NCBI GenBank assembly: GCA_019244185.1
Contig: JAFATB010000020.1
Span: 64,001-128,000, forward strand
Length of the DNA: 64,000 nt
Direction of reading: 5' to 3'
Source: Acidobacteriota bacterium
GTDB taxonomy: Bacteria; Acidobacteriota; Thermoanaerobaculia; Gp7-AA8
The notes under the pieces were generated by a model. That model saw only the letters and a program-made list of their open reading frames with translations. It made no database searches and had not been told where the DNA came from. Positions 18,496-28,841 of the stretch are shown here, in pieces. A program made the position numbers and the translations under genes. Every line of letters begins with the position of its first letter. Positions within the stretch are counted from its first letter, which is position 1.

Positions 18496-19004
18496 CAGAG
18501 ATCCGGCGCGTGTTCGAGGCAGACGCGATCGCGGCGCGCGTGCGTGACCTCGGTGCGGCCATCCGCGCGGATGCCGGCGACGCCGAAGTCTTCCTCCTCG
18601 GCATCCTCAAAGGCGCGTCGTGCTTTCTCGCCGACCTTTTGCGCGCGATCGGCGGCGACGTGAGTTACGGCTTCATCGACGTCGTCCGCGACGCCGCCGA
18701 CCATGGCAGCGACGCGCTGGAAATCGACTTCCTCAGCCACACCGACATCCGCGGGCGCCACGTGTTCATCCTCAAAGACGTCGTCACCACCGGCGTCATC
18801 GAGAACTACCTGCTGACCCAGCTGCGCGTGCACGCGCCCGCGTCGCTGCGGCTCGTCGCGCTGCTCGACCGCCCCGACGCGCGCACCGTCGACATCACCG
18901 CCGACTACCGCGCGTTTTCCATCGAAGACGGCATCTACGCGGGCTACGGCCTCGAGCACGAGTCACGATTCGGAAACCTCGGCTGGATCGGACGCGTACG
19001 CTAA
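18492..19004 (+). CDS. hpt: Hypoxanthine phosphoribosyltransferase homolog with degenerate active site
   Basis: GILKG, PRT fold, GYGL; canonical tilS-hpt-ftsH synteny; PRPP loop reads KDVVTTG. Confidence 0.8.
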   Translation: MTEIRRVFEADAIAARVRDLGAAIRADAGDAEVFLLGILKGASCFLADLLRAIGGDVSYGFIDVVRDAADHGSDALEIDFLSHTDIRGRHVFILKDVVTTGVIENYLLTQLRVHAPASLRLVALLDRPDARTVDITADYRAFSIEDGIYAGYGLEHESRFGNLGWIGRVR

Positions 19005-19060
19005 GACTGGCTTTGCAATATCACCTCATCGCCGCCCGTTAAGAATCGCGATAGTGTACG

Positions 19061-19076
19061 TGGCACGCGCGAAGCA
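19061..19076 (+). promoter_or_regulatory. Possible sigma-54 promoter upstream of ftsH
   Basis: TGGCACG-CGCG-AAGCA: GG-N10-GC spacing is correct, but AAGC replaces TTGC. Confidence 0.3.
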
Positions 19077-19104
19077 TCCGCGTCGCCGCGTAGGAGGCAA
19101 TTCG

Positions 19105-21051
<1,947 letters not shown>

Positions 21052-21058
21052 CTCTCGC

Positions 21059-21220
21059 GTGGACGAGCACACCGAACCGACGACGCAAACGGAGCGGGAG
21101 GAAGAAACGCCTCCCGCTCCGGCTGTTTCTCCCGCGCCGGCCCCTTCCCCTGCCCCGCGCTGGCGCGCCGCCGAAGAGCCGACCTGCTGCGGTTCCGGCT
21201 GTCTGGACTGCCCGTTCTGA
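21059..21220 (+). CDS. Small protein ending in CCGSGCxxCPF (DUF5522/oxidoreductase-like N-terminal motif)
   Basis: 53 aa, Pro/Glu-rich, terminal TCCGSGCLDCPF, 7 nt after the ftsH stop. Confidence 0.55.
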   Translation: MDEHTEPTTQTEREEETPPAPAVSPAPAPSPAPRWRAAEEPTCCGSGCLDCPF

Positions 21221-21267
21221 GGAGTTCCGCAGGTAGGGATTGGCCGATCTGACGCCTCTCCTTATCG

Positions 21268-22014
21268 ATGGCAATCCTCGGCGCCGACACCCTCGCGAAC
21301 GTCACGAACGATCTCGTCGGACAGGTGCGCGACCGCTACGGCGCCGCGCCGCAGTTCTGGGGGCGCTACTTCAAGCAGCCCGGCTTCGCGCAGGACTACC
21401 AGCCCGCAATCGAGAGTCCGGTCTTCGCGGCGAACGGTCTGCGCCTCCTGCCGATCGCGCGGCAGACGGGGCGCGTCGGCGGCAGCGCGAGCGACGGCGC
21501 GCAGGATGCGGTCGCGAACATCGACGCGTTCACGACCTCGCTCGGCCCCGACTTTCTCGCGAAGGTCGGCGGCGAGGCGCTGATGTTTCTCGACGTCGAA
21601 GGCACGAGCGCGCAGAACCCGAATCTCTCGCTCGACTACTGGATCGGCTGGTCGTCCGCGCTCGTCGCGCACAGCCGCCGCACCATCGGCGGCGGCTTCA
21701 CGATGATTCCCGGCGTTTACTGCCGCCAGAACCAGGCGCCGACGTGGACCGCCATCGCCACCGCCGACACGCTCGGCTTTCCGTGCGCAGGCGCGTGGGT
21801 CTTTCGCGCGCGCAACAACGCGTGCACGAATCCGATCCCGAACTGGGACGCCGCGTTCAACACGCCGGCGGTCGCGCTCCCCTGCCCGATCCTGCTCTGG
21901 CAGTTCGCGATCGACTGCCTCGTGCCGGACGGCATCGACTTCGACATGGTCAATCCCGACCCGGCGGCGACGAACGCGTTGCTGACGCGACTCCTCCTGC
22001 CGATGCCGCGGTAG
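21268..22014 (+). CDS. DUF1906/GH25-like glycoside hydrolase domain protein
   Basis: GADT, FWGRY, MFLDVE, PGVY, LWQF pattern of a TIM-barrel muramidase-like family. Confidence 0.65.
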   Translation: MAILGADTLANVTNDLVGQVRDRYGAAPQFWGRYFKQPGFAQDYQPAIESPVFAANGLRLLPIARQTGRVGGSASDGAQDAVANIDAFTTSLGPDFLAKVGGEALMFLDVEGTSAQNPNLSLDYWIGWSSALVAHSRRTIGGGFTMIPGVYCRQNQAPTWTAIATADTLGFPCAGAWVFRARNNACTNPIPNWDAAFNTPAVALPCPILLWQFAIDCLVPDGIDFDMVNPDPAATNALLTRLLLPMPR

Positions 22015-22045
22015 TATCATTCGCCGCGTCCGCTTCCCAAAAAAA

Positions 22046-23197
22046 ATGAAAGCCGTACTCGCCGCTCTCGCGTCACTGCTGTTCCTCGCCTCGTGCGCGC
22101 ACGAGAGCCAGTGGGATCAGGTCTCCGTCGCGCACAAGCGCATTCACCTCGCGCCGTGCGGCGCGACGCCCGCGGTCGCCGGCGTCGCGGGCGTGAACGC
22201 CGATCCGACCGAGGTGTATCTCGGCGACTGGCTCGTCGTCGGCGTCTGCCAGCTCGACGCGCTCGAGAAAACCGCGAACGCGGAACAGCAGCCGATCACG
22301 CTCTTCATCAACGGCATCGACAGCGGCAACGTGCCGGCGGGGATCGACTACGACCGCGGCACGCTCACGTTCGTCGTCGACCGCAACGAATCGAACAAAG
22401 GGCTCTGGCAGCCGCTCCTCTACGACCCGCTGTTCGACCGCATGACCAGCATGCACATCAGCGTGGGCATCAAGGGGAACAAGCCGCTGCCGCGCGCCGA
22501 GCACGCGCAGACGATCGTGCGGCTCAACAAGCTGTATCTCGACTGGACGTCGATCGTCTGGCTGCTGCTGCTCCTCGCGATCGTCATCATCCTGGTGGTC
22601 TTCGCGCGCCGCTCGGACATGCTGCGCGAGGCGCCGTCCGCCGCGGGCATCCGCGCGCCGTTCAGCCTCGGCCGCTCGCAGATGGCGTGGTGGTTCTTCC
22701 TCATCGTCTTCGGCTACATCTTCATCTGGCTCATCACCGGCGATCGCGATTCGATCCCGCCGTCGCTCCTCGGCCTCATGGGCATCAGCGCCGCGACGGG
22801 CCTCGCCGCGTACGCCGTCGGCACGCGCAACGATCGCCGCGAGGCGCAGCGCAAACGCCTCGACGACGAGATCGCCGTCGTCGATCAGGCGCTCACCGAC
22901 CCGGCAGCGAATCGCACCGAGCTCGAGGCCATGCGCGCGAAGCTCGTCACGCAACGCGCGAACCTGCCGCCGTTCCCCGCGTCCGCCGGCTGGTGGCACG
23001 ACCTCGTGCGCGACGAGCGCGGCGTCTTCGCCCTCGACCGCTTTCAGATGGTCGTCTGGACGGTCATCCTCGGCGGGCTCTTTCTCACGTCGGTGATCTG
23101 GGAGCTCACCATGCCGGAGTTCAGCGCCACGATGCTGGCGCTCGTCGGCATCAGCTCGGGCACCTACATCGGCTTCAAGTTGCCGCCGCCGAAGTGA
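22046..23197 (+). CDS. Uncharacterised lipoprotein with multi-pass membrane C-terminal domain
   Basis: Lipobox LASC; paired motifs SLGRSQMAWW/LLGLMGISAAT and LDRFQMVVWT/LALVGISSGTY. Confidence 0.7.
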   Translation: MKAVLAALASLLFLASCAHESQWDQVSVAHKRIHLAPCGATPAVAGVAGVNADPTEVYLGDWLVVGVCQLDALEKTANAEQQPITLFINGIDSGNVPAGIDYDRGTLTFVVDRNESNKGLWQPLLYDPLFDRMTSMHISVGIKGNKPLPRAEHAQTIVRLNKLYLDWTSIVWLLLLLAIVIILVVFARRSDMLREAPSAAGIRAPFSLGRSQMAWWFFLIVFGYIFIWLITGDRDSIPPSLLGLMGISAATGLAAYAVGTRNDRREAQRKRLDDEIAVVDQALTDPAANRTELEAMRAKLVTQRANLPPFPASAGWWHDLVRDERGVFALDRFQMVVWTVILGGLFLTSVIWELTMPEFSATMLALVGISSGTYIGFKLPPPK

Positions 23198-23555
23198 GCG
23201 CCTTCACGAGCTTCTTCGGCGCGATGGCGCGGAAGCTCTCGTCGATCCACGCTTTCATGAGGTCCATCGGCACGTCGTTCACTTTCGAGAAGCGCGCGCT
23301 GACCCAGCCGTGCTTGCCCATGCCGTAGCCGGTCGGCTCGGCGAACGGCAGATCGACGGCGATGTCGCGCGACTGCGGCAGCTTCACGGAGAGCGAGAGC
23401 TCGCCGGGACTCGAGGAGCCGCCGAGGAACACGAAGACTTTTTCTTTGACCTTGATGGCGCGATGGCCCCACGGATGGTCCTCGCGCGTCTCGGGGAACG
23501 TCAGCGCGTAATCGCGCAGCTCCAGCTCCAGCGACTCCAGCGTCTTCTTCGCCAT
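23175..23555 (-). CDS. MmcQ/YjbR family protein
   Basis: EDHPWG, KVKEKVF, YGMGKHGWV, WIDESF. Confidence 0.88.
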   Translation of the reverse strand: MAKKTLESLELELRDYALTFPETREDHPWGHRAIKVKEKVFVFLGGSSSPGELSLSVKLPQSRDIAVDLPFAEPTGYGMGKHGWVSARFSKVNDVPMDLMKAWIDESFRAIAPKKLVKALTSAAAT

Positions 23556-23577
23556 GATGCGGCTATCATCGCGCGCG

Positions 23578-24597
23578 ATGCGCAAACGCGTCTACATCGT
23601 CTATACGGGCGGGACGATCGGCATGCGGCGGACGAAGGACGGCTATCAGCCGGACTCCGGATCGCTGCAGGCGCAGATGGCGGAGATGCCGGAGCTGCGG
23701 CACGCGTCGATGCCGTCGTACGACATCCACGAATACCGGCCGCTGCTCGACTCCTCGAACATGACGCCGCGCGAATGGATCGCCATCGCGCGCGACATCG
23801 AGGCGCAGTACGAGCGCTACGACGGCTTCGTCGTGCTGCACGGCACGGACACGATGGCGTACACCGCGTCCGCGCTGCCGTTCCTCCTCGGCGGCCTGCG
23901 CAAGCCGGTCATCATCACCGGCTCGCAGATCCCGCTCTGCGAGATCCGCAACGACGCGCGCGAGAACCTCATCACCTCGCTCATGCTCGCGGCGAGCTAC
24001 GCGATCCCGGAAGTCTGCTTGTACTTCGGCGGCAAGCTGCTGCGCGGTTGTCGCGCGACGAAGGTGAGTGCGGACGGCTTCGCCGCGTTCGACTCGCCGA
24101 ACTTTCCTCCGCTCGGCACCGTCGGCATCGACATCGACGTCAACTGGGATCTCGTGCGCAAGCCGCGCGGCGCGGCGAAGCTCGACGTGCCGGAGCTCGC
24201 GCGTCCCGTCGTCAGCGCGCTGCGCCTCTTCCCCGGCATCTCGCCCGAGCTCGTGCGCAACGTGCTCCGTCCGCCGCTGCAGGGACTCGTGCTCGAAGCG
24301 TACGGCGTCGGCAACGGCCCCGATCAGGACGCGGCGTTTCTCGACGTGCTCGCGGACGCCGCCGCGCGCGGCGTGGTCATCGTCGACTGCACGCAATGCC
24401 TCGAAGGCAGCGTCGACCTCGGCGAGTACGCGGCCGGCTCGGCGCTCGCGCGCGCGGGCGTCGTCAGCGGCTTCGATCTCACCGCGGAGGCGGCGCTGGC
24501 GAAGCTCTATTACCTCTTCGGGCGCGGCTACAAACCGGAGCGCGTGAAGAAGGAGATGCAGAAGGATTTACGGGGAGAACTGACGCTGCGCGCTTAG
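23578..24597 (+). CDS. ansA: L-asparaginase type I
   Basis: YTGGTIGM, DSSNM, HGTDTM, TGSQ, LRGELT. Confidence 0.95.
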   Translation: MRKRVYIVYTGGTIGMRRTKDGYQPDSGSLQAQMAEMPELRHASMPSYDIHEYRPLLDSSNMTPREWIAIARDIEAQYERYDGFVVLHGTDTMAYTASALPFLLGGLRKPVIITGSQIPLCEIRNDARENLITSLMLAASYAIPEVCLYFGGKLLRGCRATKVSADGFAAFDSPNFPPLGTVGIDIDVNWDLVRKPRGAAKLDVPELARPVVSALRLFPGISPELVRNVLRPPLQGLVLEAYGVGNGPDQDAAFLDVLADAAARGVVIVDCTQCLEGSVDLGEYAAGSALARAGVVSGFDLTAEAALAKLYYLFGRGYKPERVKKEMQKDLRGELTLRA

Positions 24598-24622
24598 ACT
24601 TATCTCAGGAGGTTCCCCCCAC

Positions 24623-25537
24623 ATGGCTCGCCTGCTCTTCGACCGCGGAGCCCGCGGTGCGATCATTGCCGACATCCAGCAGCACCTCGCCGACGCCGGC
24701 CACCATTTCGACGACATCGACGGAATCTACGGACAGCAGACTGCCTCGTCCGTGCAGTCGTTCCAGCAGGCGAAGCAGATGCCGGTCACCGGTTCCATCG
24801 ACACGACCACGTGGACGTCGCTCACGAACGAGCCGATCCCGTCGCTCGAACAGCGCTGCCTCGATCTGACCTCCACGTTCGAAGGACACGGGTTCACGCT
24901 CGCGCAGGGAAACTTCGACGGCGCCGGCATCACGTGGGGGATCATCGGCTTCACGCTGCAGGCGGGCGAGATCACGCAGCTCGTCGAAGCCGCATGCGCG
25001 CAGGACGCGGCGTTCGTGCGCGACTGCTTCGGCGATCAGACCGACGCGCTCCTGGCGATGCTGAAGGAAGCGTGGCCGCAGCAGCTCGCATGGGCCGATT
25101 CCGTGAGCCTCGGCTCACAGAAGGCGACGCTCGCCGAGCCGTGGAAGAGCGGCTTCGCGAAGCTCGGCGGCGCGAAATCCGTGCAGCAGCTGCAGCTCGA
25201 CCGCGTGCGCGCCGCGTACTTTCAGCCCGCGCTCAGCACCGCTGCCGATTTCGATCTCACCACGGAGCTCGGCGTCGCACTTTGCTTTGATATCCATGTG
25301 CAGAACGGCGGCATCCACCAGGACGCCGCGAAGGAAGTGCGCGCGCAGCTGAAGGCCGGCATGAGCGAGGAAGACATCCGCGTGCTGATCGCGAACGCCG
25401 TCGCGGACCACGCGAACGAGGCGTGGCGTGAGGACGTGCGCAACCGGAAGCTGACCATCGCGAAGGGCAACGGCGTCGTGCACGGCATCACCGCCGTGCT
25501 GCGCAACTGGGGACTGGACGAGGTCGCGGCGACATAG
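24623..25537 (+). CDS. Peptidoglycan-binding domain protein with putative lysozyme-like domain
   Basis: DGIYGQQT...V.SFQ...MPVTG.ID..TW (PG_binding_1), then FEG...NFDGAGITWG; AGGAGG RBS. Confidence 0.78.
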   Translation: MARLLFDRGARGAIIADIQQHLADAGHHFDDIDGIYGQQTASSVQSFQQAKQMPVTGSIDTTTWTSLTNEPIPSLEQRCLDLTSTFEGHGFTLAQGNFDGAGITWGIIGFTLQAGEITQLVEAACAQDAAFVRDCFGDQTDALLAMLKEAWPQQLAWADSVSLGSQKATLAEPWKSGFAKLGGAKSVQQLQLDRVRAAYFQPALSTAADFDLTTELGVALCFDIHVQNGGIHQDAAKEVRAQLKAGMSEEDIRVLIANAVADHANEAWREDVRNRKLTIAKGNGVVHGITAVLRNWGLDEVAAT

Positions 25538-25590
25538 CGTCATCTACCGTCCGTAGAGCATTCGACGCCGGTTGCTACAATCGAACGCGC

Positions 25591-26949
25591 GTGGCCAAGA
25601 AAGCCGTCATCTACTCCTGCACCGAATGCGGCGCTCAGGCCACGAAGTGGCTGGGGCGCTGTCCCGACTGTAACGCGTGGAACTCGTACGCGCAGGAAGA
25701 CGTCGCGCCGAATGCTCCCGCGCAGCCGACGGCGCTCAGCGCCGGCTCGGCGCCGCAGCCGATCGGCGCGATCGACGCCGACGTCGCGCCGCGCGTCACG
25801 ACGCGCATGCCGAGTCTCGACCGCGTTCTCGGCGGCGGCCTCGTCATCGGCGCGGTGACGCTCGTCGGCGGCGAGCCGGGTATCGGCAAATCCACGCTCC
25901 TCCTGCAGGTCGCCGAACAGCTCGCGCGCAACGGCCCCGTGCTCTACGTCTCCGGCGAAGAATCGCCGCGGCAGATCGCCATGCGCGCGCGGCGGCTCGG
26001 CACGACGAACGACGCCATTCGCCTCTTCACGGAAACGTCGGTCGAGCGCATTCTGGCCGAGGTCGAGAAACTGCAGCCGGTGGCACTGATCGTCGATTCG
26101 ATTCAGACCGTGCACACGACCTCGAACCAATCGATGCCCGGCTCCATCGGCCAGGTGCGCGACTCCGCGGGCGTGCTGATGGCGGCGGCGAAGCGCCTCT
26201 CGCTGCCTGTATTTTTAATCGGCCACATCACGAAAGAAGGGACGATCGCCGGACCGAAGACGCTCGAGCACATCGTCGACACGGTGCTCTACTTCGAAGG
26301 CGAGAAGTTTCAGAACTACCGCGTCGTGCGCGCGTACAAGAACCGCTTCGGCCCGGTGAACGAGGTCGCGCTGTTCGAGATGCACGACGACGGGTTGGAA
26401 GAAGTTGCGAACCCGTCCGCCGCGCTGCTCTCGCAACGCAGTCAGTCGCCCGGCTCGGCGATTCTCGTCGCCGTCGAAGGCACGCGTCCGCTGCTGCTCG
26501 AAGTGCAGGCGCTCGTTTCGCCGACGCACTTTCCGTCGCCGCGCCGCATGGCCATGGGCATCGACGCGAACCGCGTCTCGCTGCTGCTCGCGGTGCTCGA
26601 GCGCAAGTCCGCGGGGACGTTCGTGCAGCACGACATCTACATCAATGTCGCCGGCGGCCTCACCATCGACGAACCGGCGCTCGACCTCGGCGTGGTCGCA
26701 GCCGTGCTCTCGTCGCAGCGCAACGTGCCGGTCGCGCACGATGTCGCACTCTTCGGCGAAGTCGGTCTCCTCGGCGAAATCCGCAGCGTCTCGCAGCCCG
26801 ATCTTCGCGCGCGCGAAGCCGCGGCCCTCGGCTTCCGCCGCGTCATCGTGCCGCAGTCGAATGCGACCGAGATTCGCGCCGACATCGAGACGCTGGCCGT
26901 GCGGCGCGTCGAAGACGTGGTCGGGCTGCTCTTCCCCGCCGCTCGCTGA
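25591..26949 (+). CDS. radA: DNA repair protein RadA/Sms
   Basis: C4 zinc finger, GEPGIGKST, KNRFG, Lon-like C-terminal domain. Confidence 0.97.
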   Translation: MAKKAVIYSCTECGAQATKWLGRCPDCNAWNSYAQEDVAPNAPAQPTALSAGSAPQPIGAIDADVAPRVTTRMPSLDRVLGGGLVIGAVTLVGGEPGIGKSTLLLQVAEQLARNGPVLYVSGEESPRQIAMRARRLGTTNDAIRLFTETSVERILAEVEKLQPVALIVDSIQTVHTTSNQSMPGSIGQVRDSAGVLMAAAKRLSLPVFLIGHITKEGTIAGPKTLEHIVDTVLYFEGEKFQNYRVVRAYKNRFGPVNEVALFEMHDDGLEEVANPSAALLSQRSQSPGSAILVAVEGTRPLLLEVQALVSPTHFPSPRRMAMGIDANRVSLLLAVLERKSAGTFVQHDIYINVAGGLTIDEPALDLGVVAAVLSSQRNVPVAHDVALFGEVGLLGEIRSVSQPDLRAREAAALGFRRVIVPQSNATEIRADIETLAVRRVEDVVGLLFPAAR

Positions 26950-27010
26950 ATGTCCCTTTACAAAGGCGGACTTCCGCCCCTACACTCCCGCCTGTCGTTC
27001 CCTGGAGCCA

Positions 27011-27766
27011 ATGGAAGCCACAATTGCACGGTCGCGGTGGGTGGGCAGAGTTGCAGCGCTGCTCGTTCTACTCGTCTTCTTCGCGGCCTGCGCCACGCAG
27101 ACCATCGTCGCCACCGCGCCTCCGCCGCCATCCGATGATGACGACTTCTCCGAGCTCATCGCCCAGCTGCGCACGGACCTGAACCGCCAGAACGGCCGCG
27201 TCGTCGCGAAGCAGCCGGCGCTCACGACGGCAGTCGACACGAAGCGGGAACGCGACAAGGAGTTCGCCGCGCGCGCGAAAGCGCTCTTCTCCGGCCTCGA
27301 CGGCAGCACGCTCGAGATGCCGGTCGTCGGCGTGCACACCTACGACCTCAGCGACAGCTGGGGCGATCCGCGCGATGGCGGCGTGCGCAAGCACAAAGGC
27401 ATCGACATCTTCGCGCCGAAAGGCACGCCTCTCGTCGCCGTCACCGACGGCATCGTCACCTACATCGGCGAGCAGCCGAAAGGCGGACGCTGCCTCTGGC
27501 TGTCGACCGAGAGCGGCACGTCGTTCTACTACGCCCACCTCGATCGCTGGGCCTCGGGACTCTACGAGGGACTCGAAGTCCGCGCCGGCGATCTCCTCGG
27601 ATACGTCGGCAACACCGGCAACGCGAAGTACACGCCGTCGCACCTCCACTTCGCCGTCAACACGAACGACGAGATGGTGAACCCGTATCCGTATCTGACG
27701 AAGGCGACGTACGTCCGCAGCGCGCGCGTTGTGTTCGAATCCGCCGGCGCCCTCGGCACGCGCTGA
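27011..27766 (+). CDS. M23 family metallopeptidase lipoprotein
   Basis: FAAC lipobox-like, HKGID, YAHL, HLHF. Confidence 0.9.
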   Translation: MEATIARSRWVGRVAALLVLLVFFAACATQTIVATAPPPPSDDDDFSELIAQLRTDLNRQNGRVVAKQPALTTAVDTKRERDKEFAARAKALFSGLDGSTLEMPVVGVHTYDLSDSWGDPRDGGVRKHKGIDIFAPKGTPLVAVTDGIVTYIGEQPKGGRCLWLSTESGTSFYYAHLDRWASGLYEGLEVRAGDLLGYVGNTGNAKYTPSHLHFAVNTNDEMVNPYPYLTKATYVRSARVVFESAGALGTR

Positions 27767-27873
27767 GTCACGCGCAGCGCCCGTTCACGCCCAACCCCTG
27801 AAGAAGCCTGGGGCAACCAGCGCAGCCGGTCGGACCGGCCGGCTGGCATGCGCGTTGGAAGCGTTCGCTTTCC

Positions 27874-28833
27874 ATGCTCCTGCCCAACGACGCTTCCCTT
27901 CGCCGCGACGAGCTCCCGCAACTCCTCAACCTTCATCCGCGGGTGCTCGACGCGCTGATCGCGTCCGGAAGCGTGCAGGTGCAGCGCACCGACGGCGTCG
28001 AGCGCATCGCCGCCGCACAACTCGAACAACTCTTCCGCGACTCGCTGTTGCGTCTCTACTTCGCGCAGGCGCACAACGCCGCCATCGCGCCGCAAGCGCA
28101 GCCGCAGACATCCACCGAAGTGCAGCAGAAGGACGACGGCGCTTCCGACATCCTGCGCACCGGCGACGAGCACGAGCTGCCCGCAACGCCGCGCGCCGAT
28201 CTGCGCGCGGGCGAGCGTTACGTGCCGCGCCGCCAGCTCAGCGGCACGTTCCGCGACGTGAAGATGTTCGTGCTCCAGCTCTCGACCACGGGACTGCGCA
28301 TCCGCCACGAGGAGCCGCTGCGTCCCGGCGACGAGGCGCGGCTCAGCTTCGGTCTCGTCACGCCGCCGCAGGTCGTGCTGTTGCGCGCGAGCGTCGTCTG
28401 GACCAGCATCGCCCAGCGCGGCGACGGACCGTCGTACTACGTCAGCGGACTGCACGTGACGGCGAATGCCGATCGTCTCGCGAACGCGCTGGCATTGCTC
28501 AATCACAACCGCGAGCTGCAGCGCGCGCAGAACGAGGCCAAGCGCCGCGGCGGTGCGCTGCCCGGCCCCGTGCTCGGTCTCTCCGACGACGACGTCGTCG
28601 CGATCATCCGCGCCGCGCGCAAACTCGCCACCGATCCGACGGAAGCGACGCGCTGGTACACGCGCGCGCGCTTCGCGTATGCCGAGGAGGACGTGCGCAA
28701 GGTCGCGCCGCGCGGCGCGCGCGAACGCGAGGAAGTCCTCGGCGTGTGGGAGTACCTGCAGCGCCGCATCGACATCCCGAAAGTCGCGGGCGTGATGCAG
28801 TGGATCCGCAGCTCGCAGGCCGCGGCCGTCTGA
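27874..28833 (+). CDS. PilZ-domain protein with N-terminal HTH-like segment
   Basis: RAGER (RxxxR), QLSTTG, ASVVW...SGL typical of PilZ. Confidence 0.7.
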   Translation: MLLPNDASLRRDELPQLLNLHPRVLDALIASGSVQVQRTDGVERIAAAQLEQLFRDSLLRLYFAQAHNAAIAPQAQPQTSTEVQQKDDGASDILRTGDEHELPATPRADLRAGERYVPRRQLSGTFRDVKMFVLQLSTTGLRIRHEEPLRPGDEARLSFGLVTPPQVVLLRASVVWTSIAQRGDGPSYYVSGLHVTANADRLANALALLNHNRELQRAQNEAKRRGGALPGPVLGLSDDDVVAIIRAARKLATDPTEATRWYTRARFAYAEEDVRKVAPRGAREREEVLGVWEYLQRRIDIPKVAGVMQWIRSSQAAAV

Positions 28834-28841
28834 GCTTCGCG

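Noticed and set aside
22039-22046. A8 tract as a phase-variation switch
   Set aside because: It lies in the leader up to the start codon, so slippage would not shift the frame.
27844-27859. Sigma-54 promoter before the PilZ gene (TGGCAT-N5-TTGG)
   Set aside because: The conserved -12 GC is GG, and the site is very close to the ATG.
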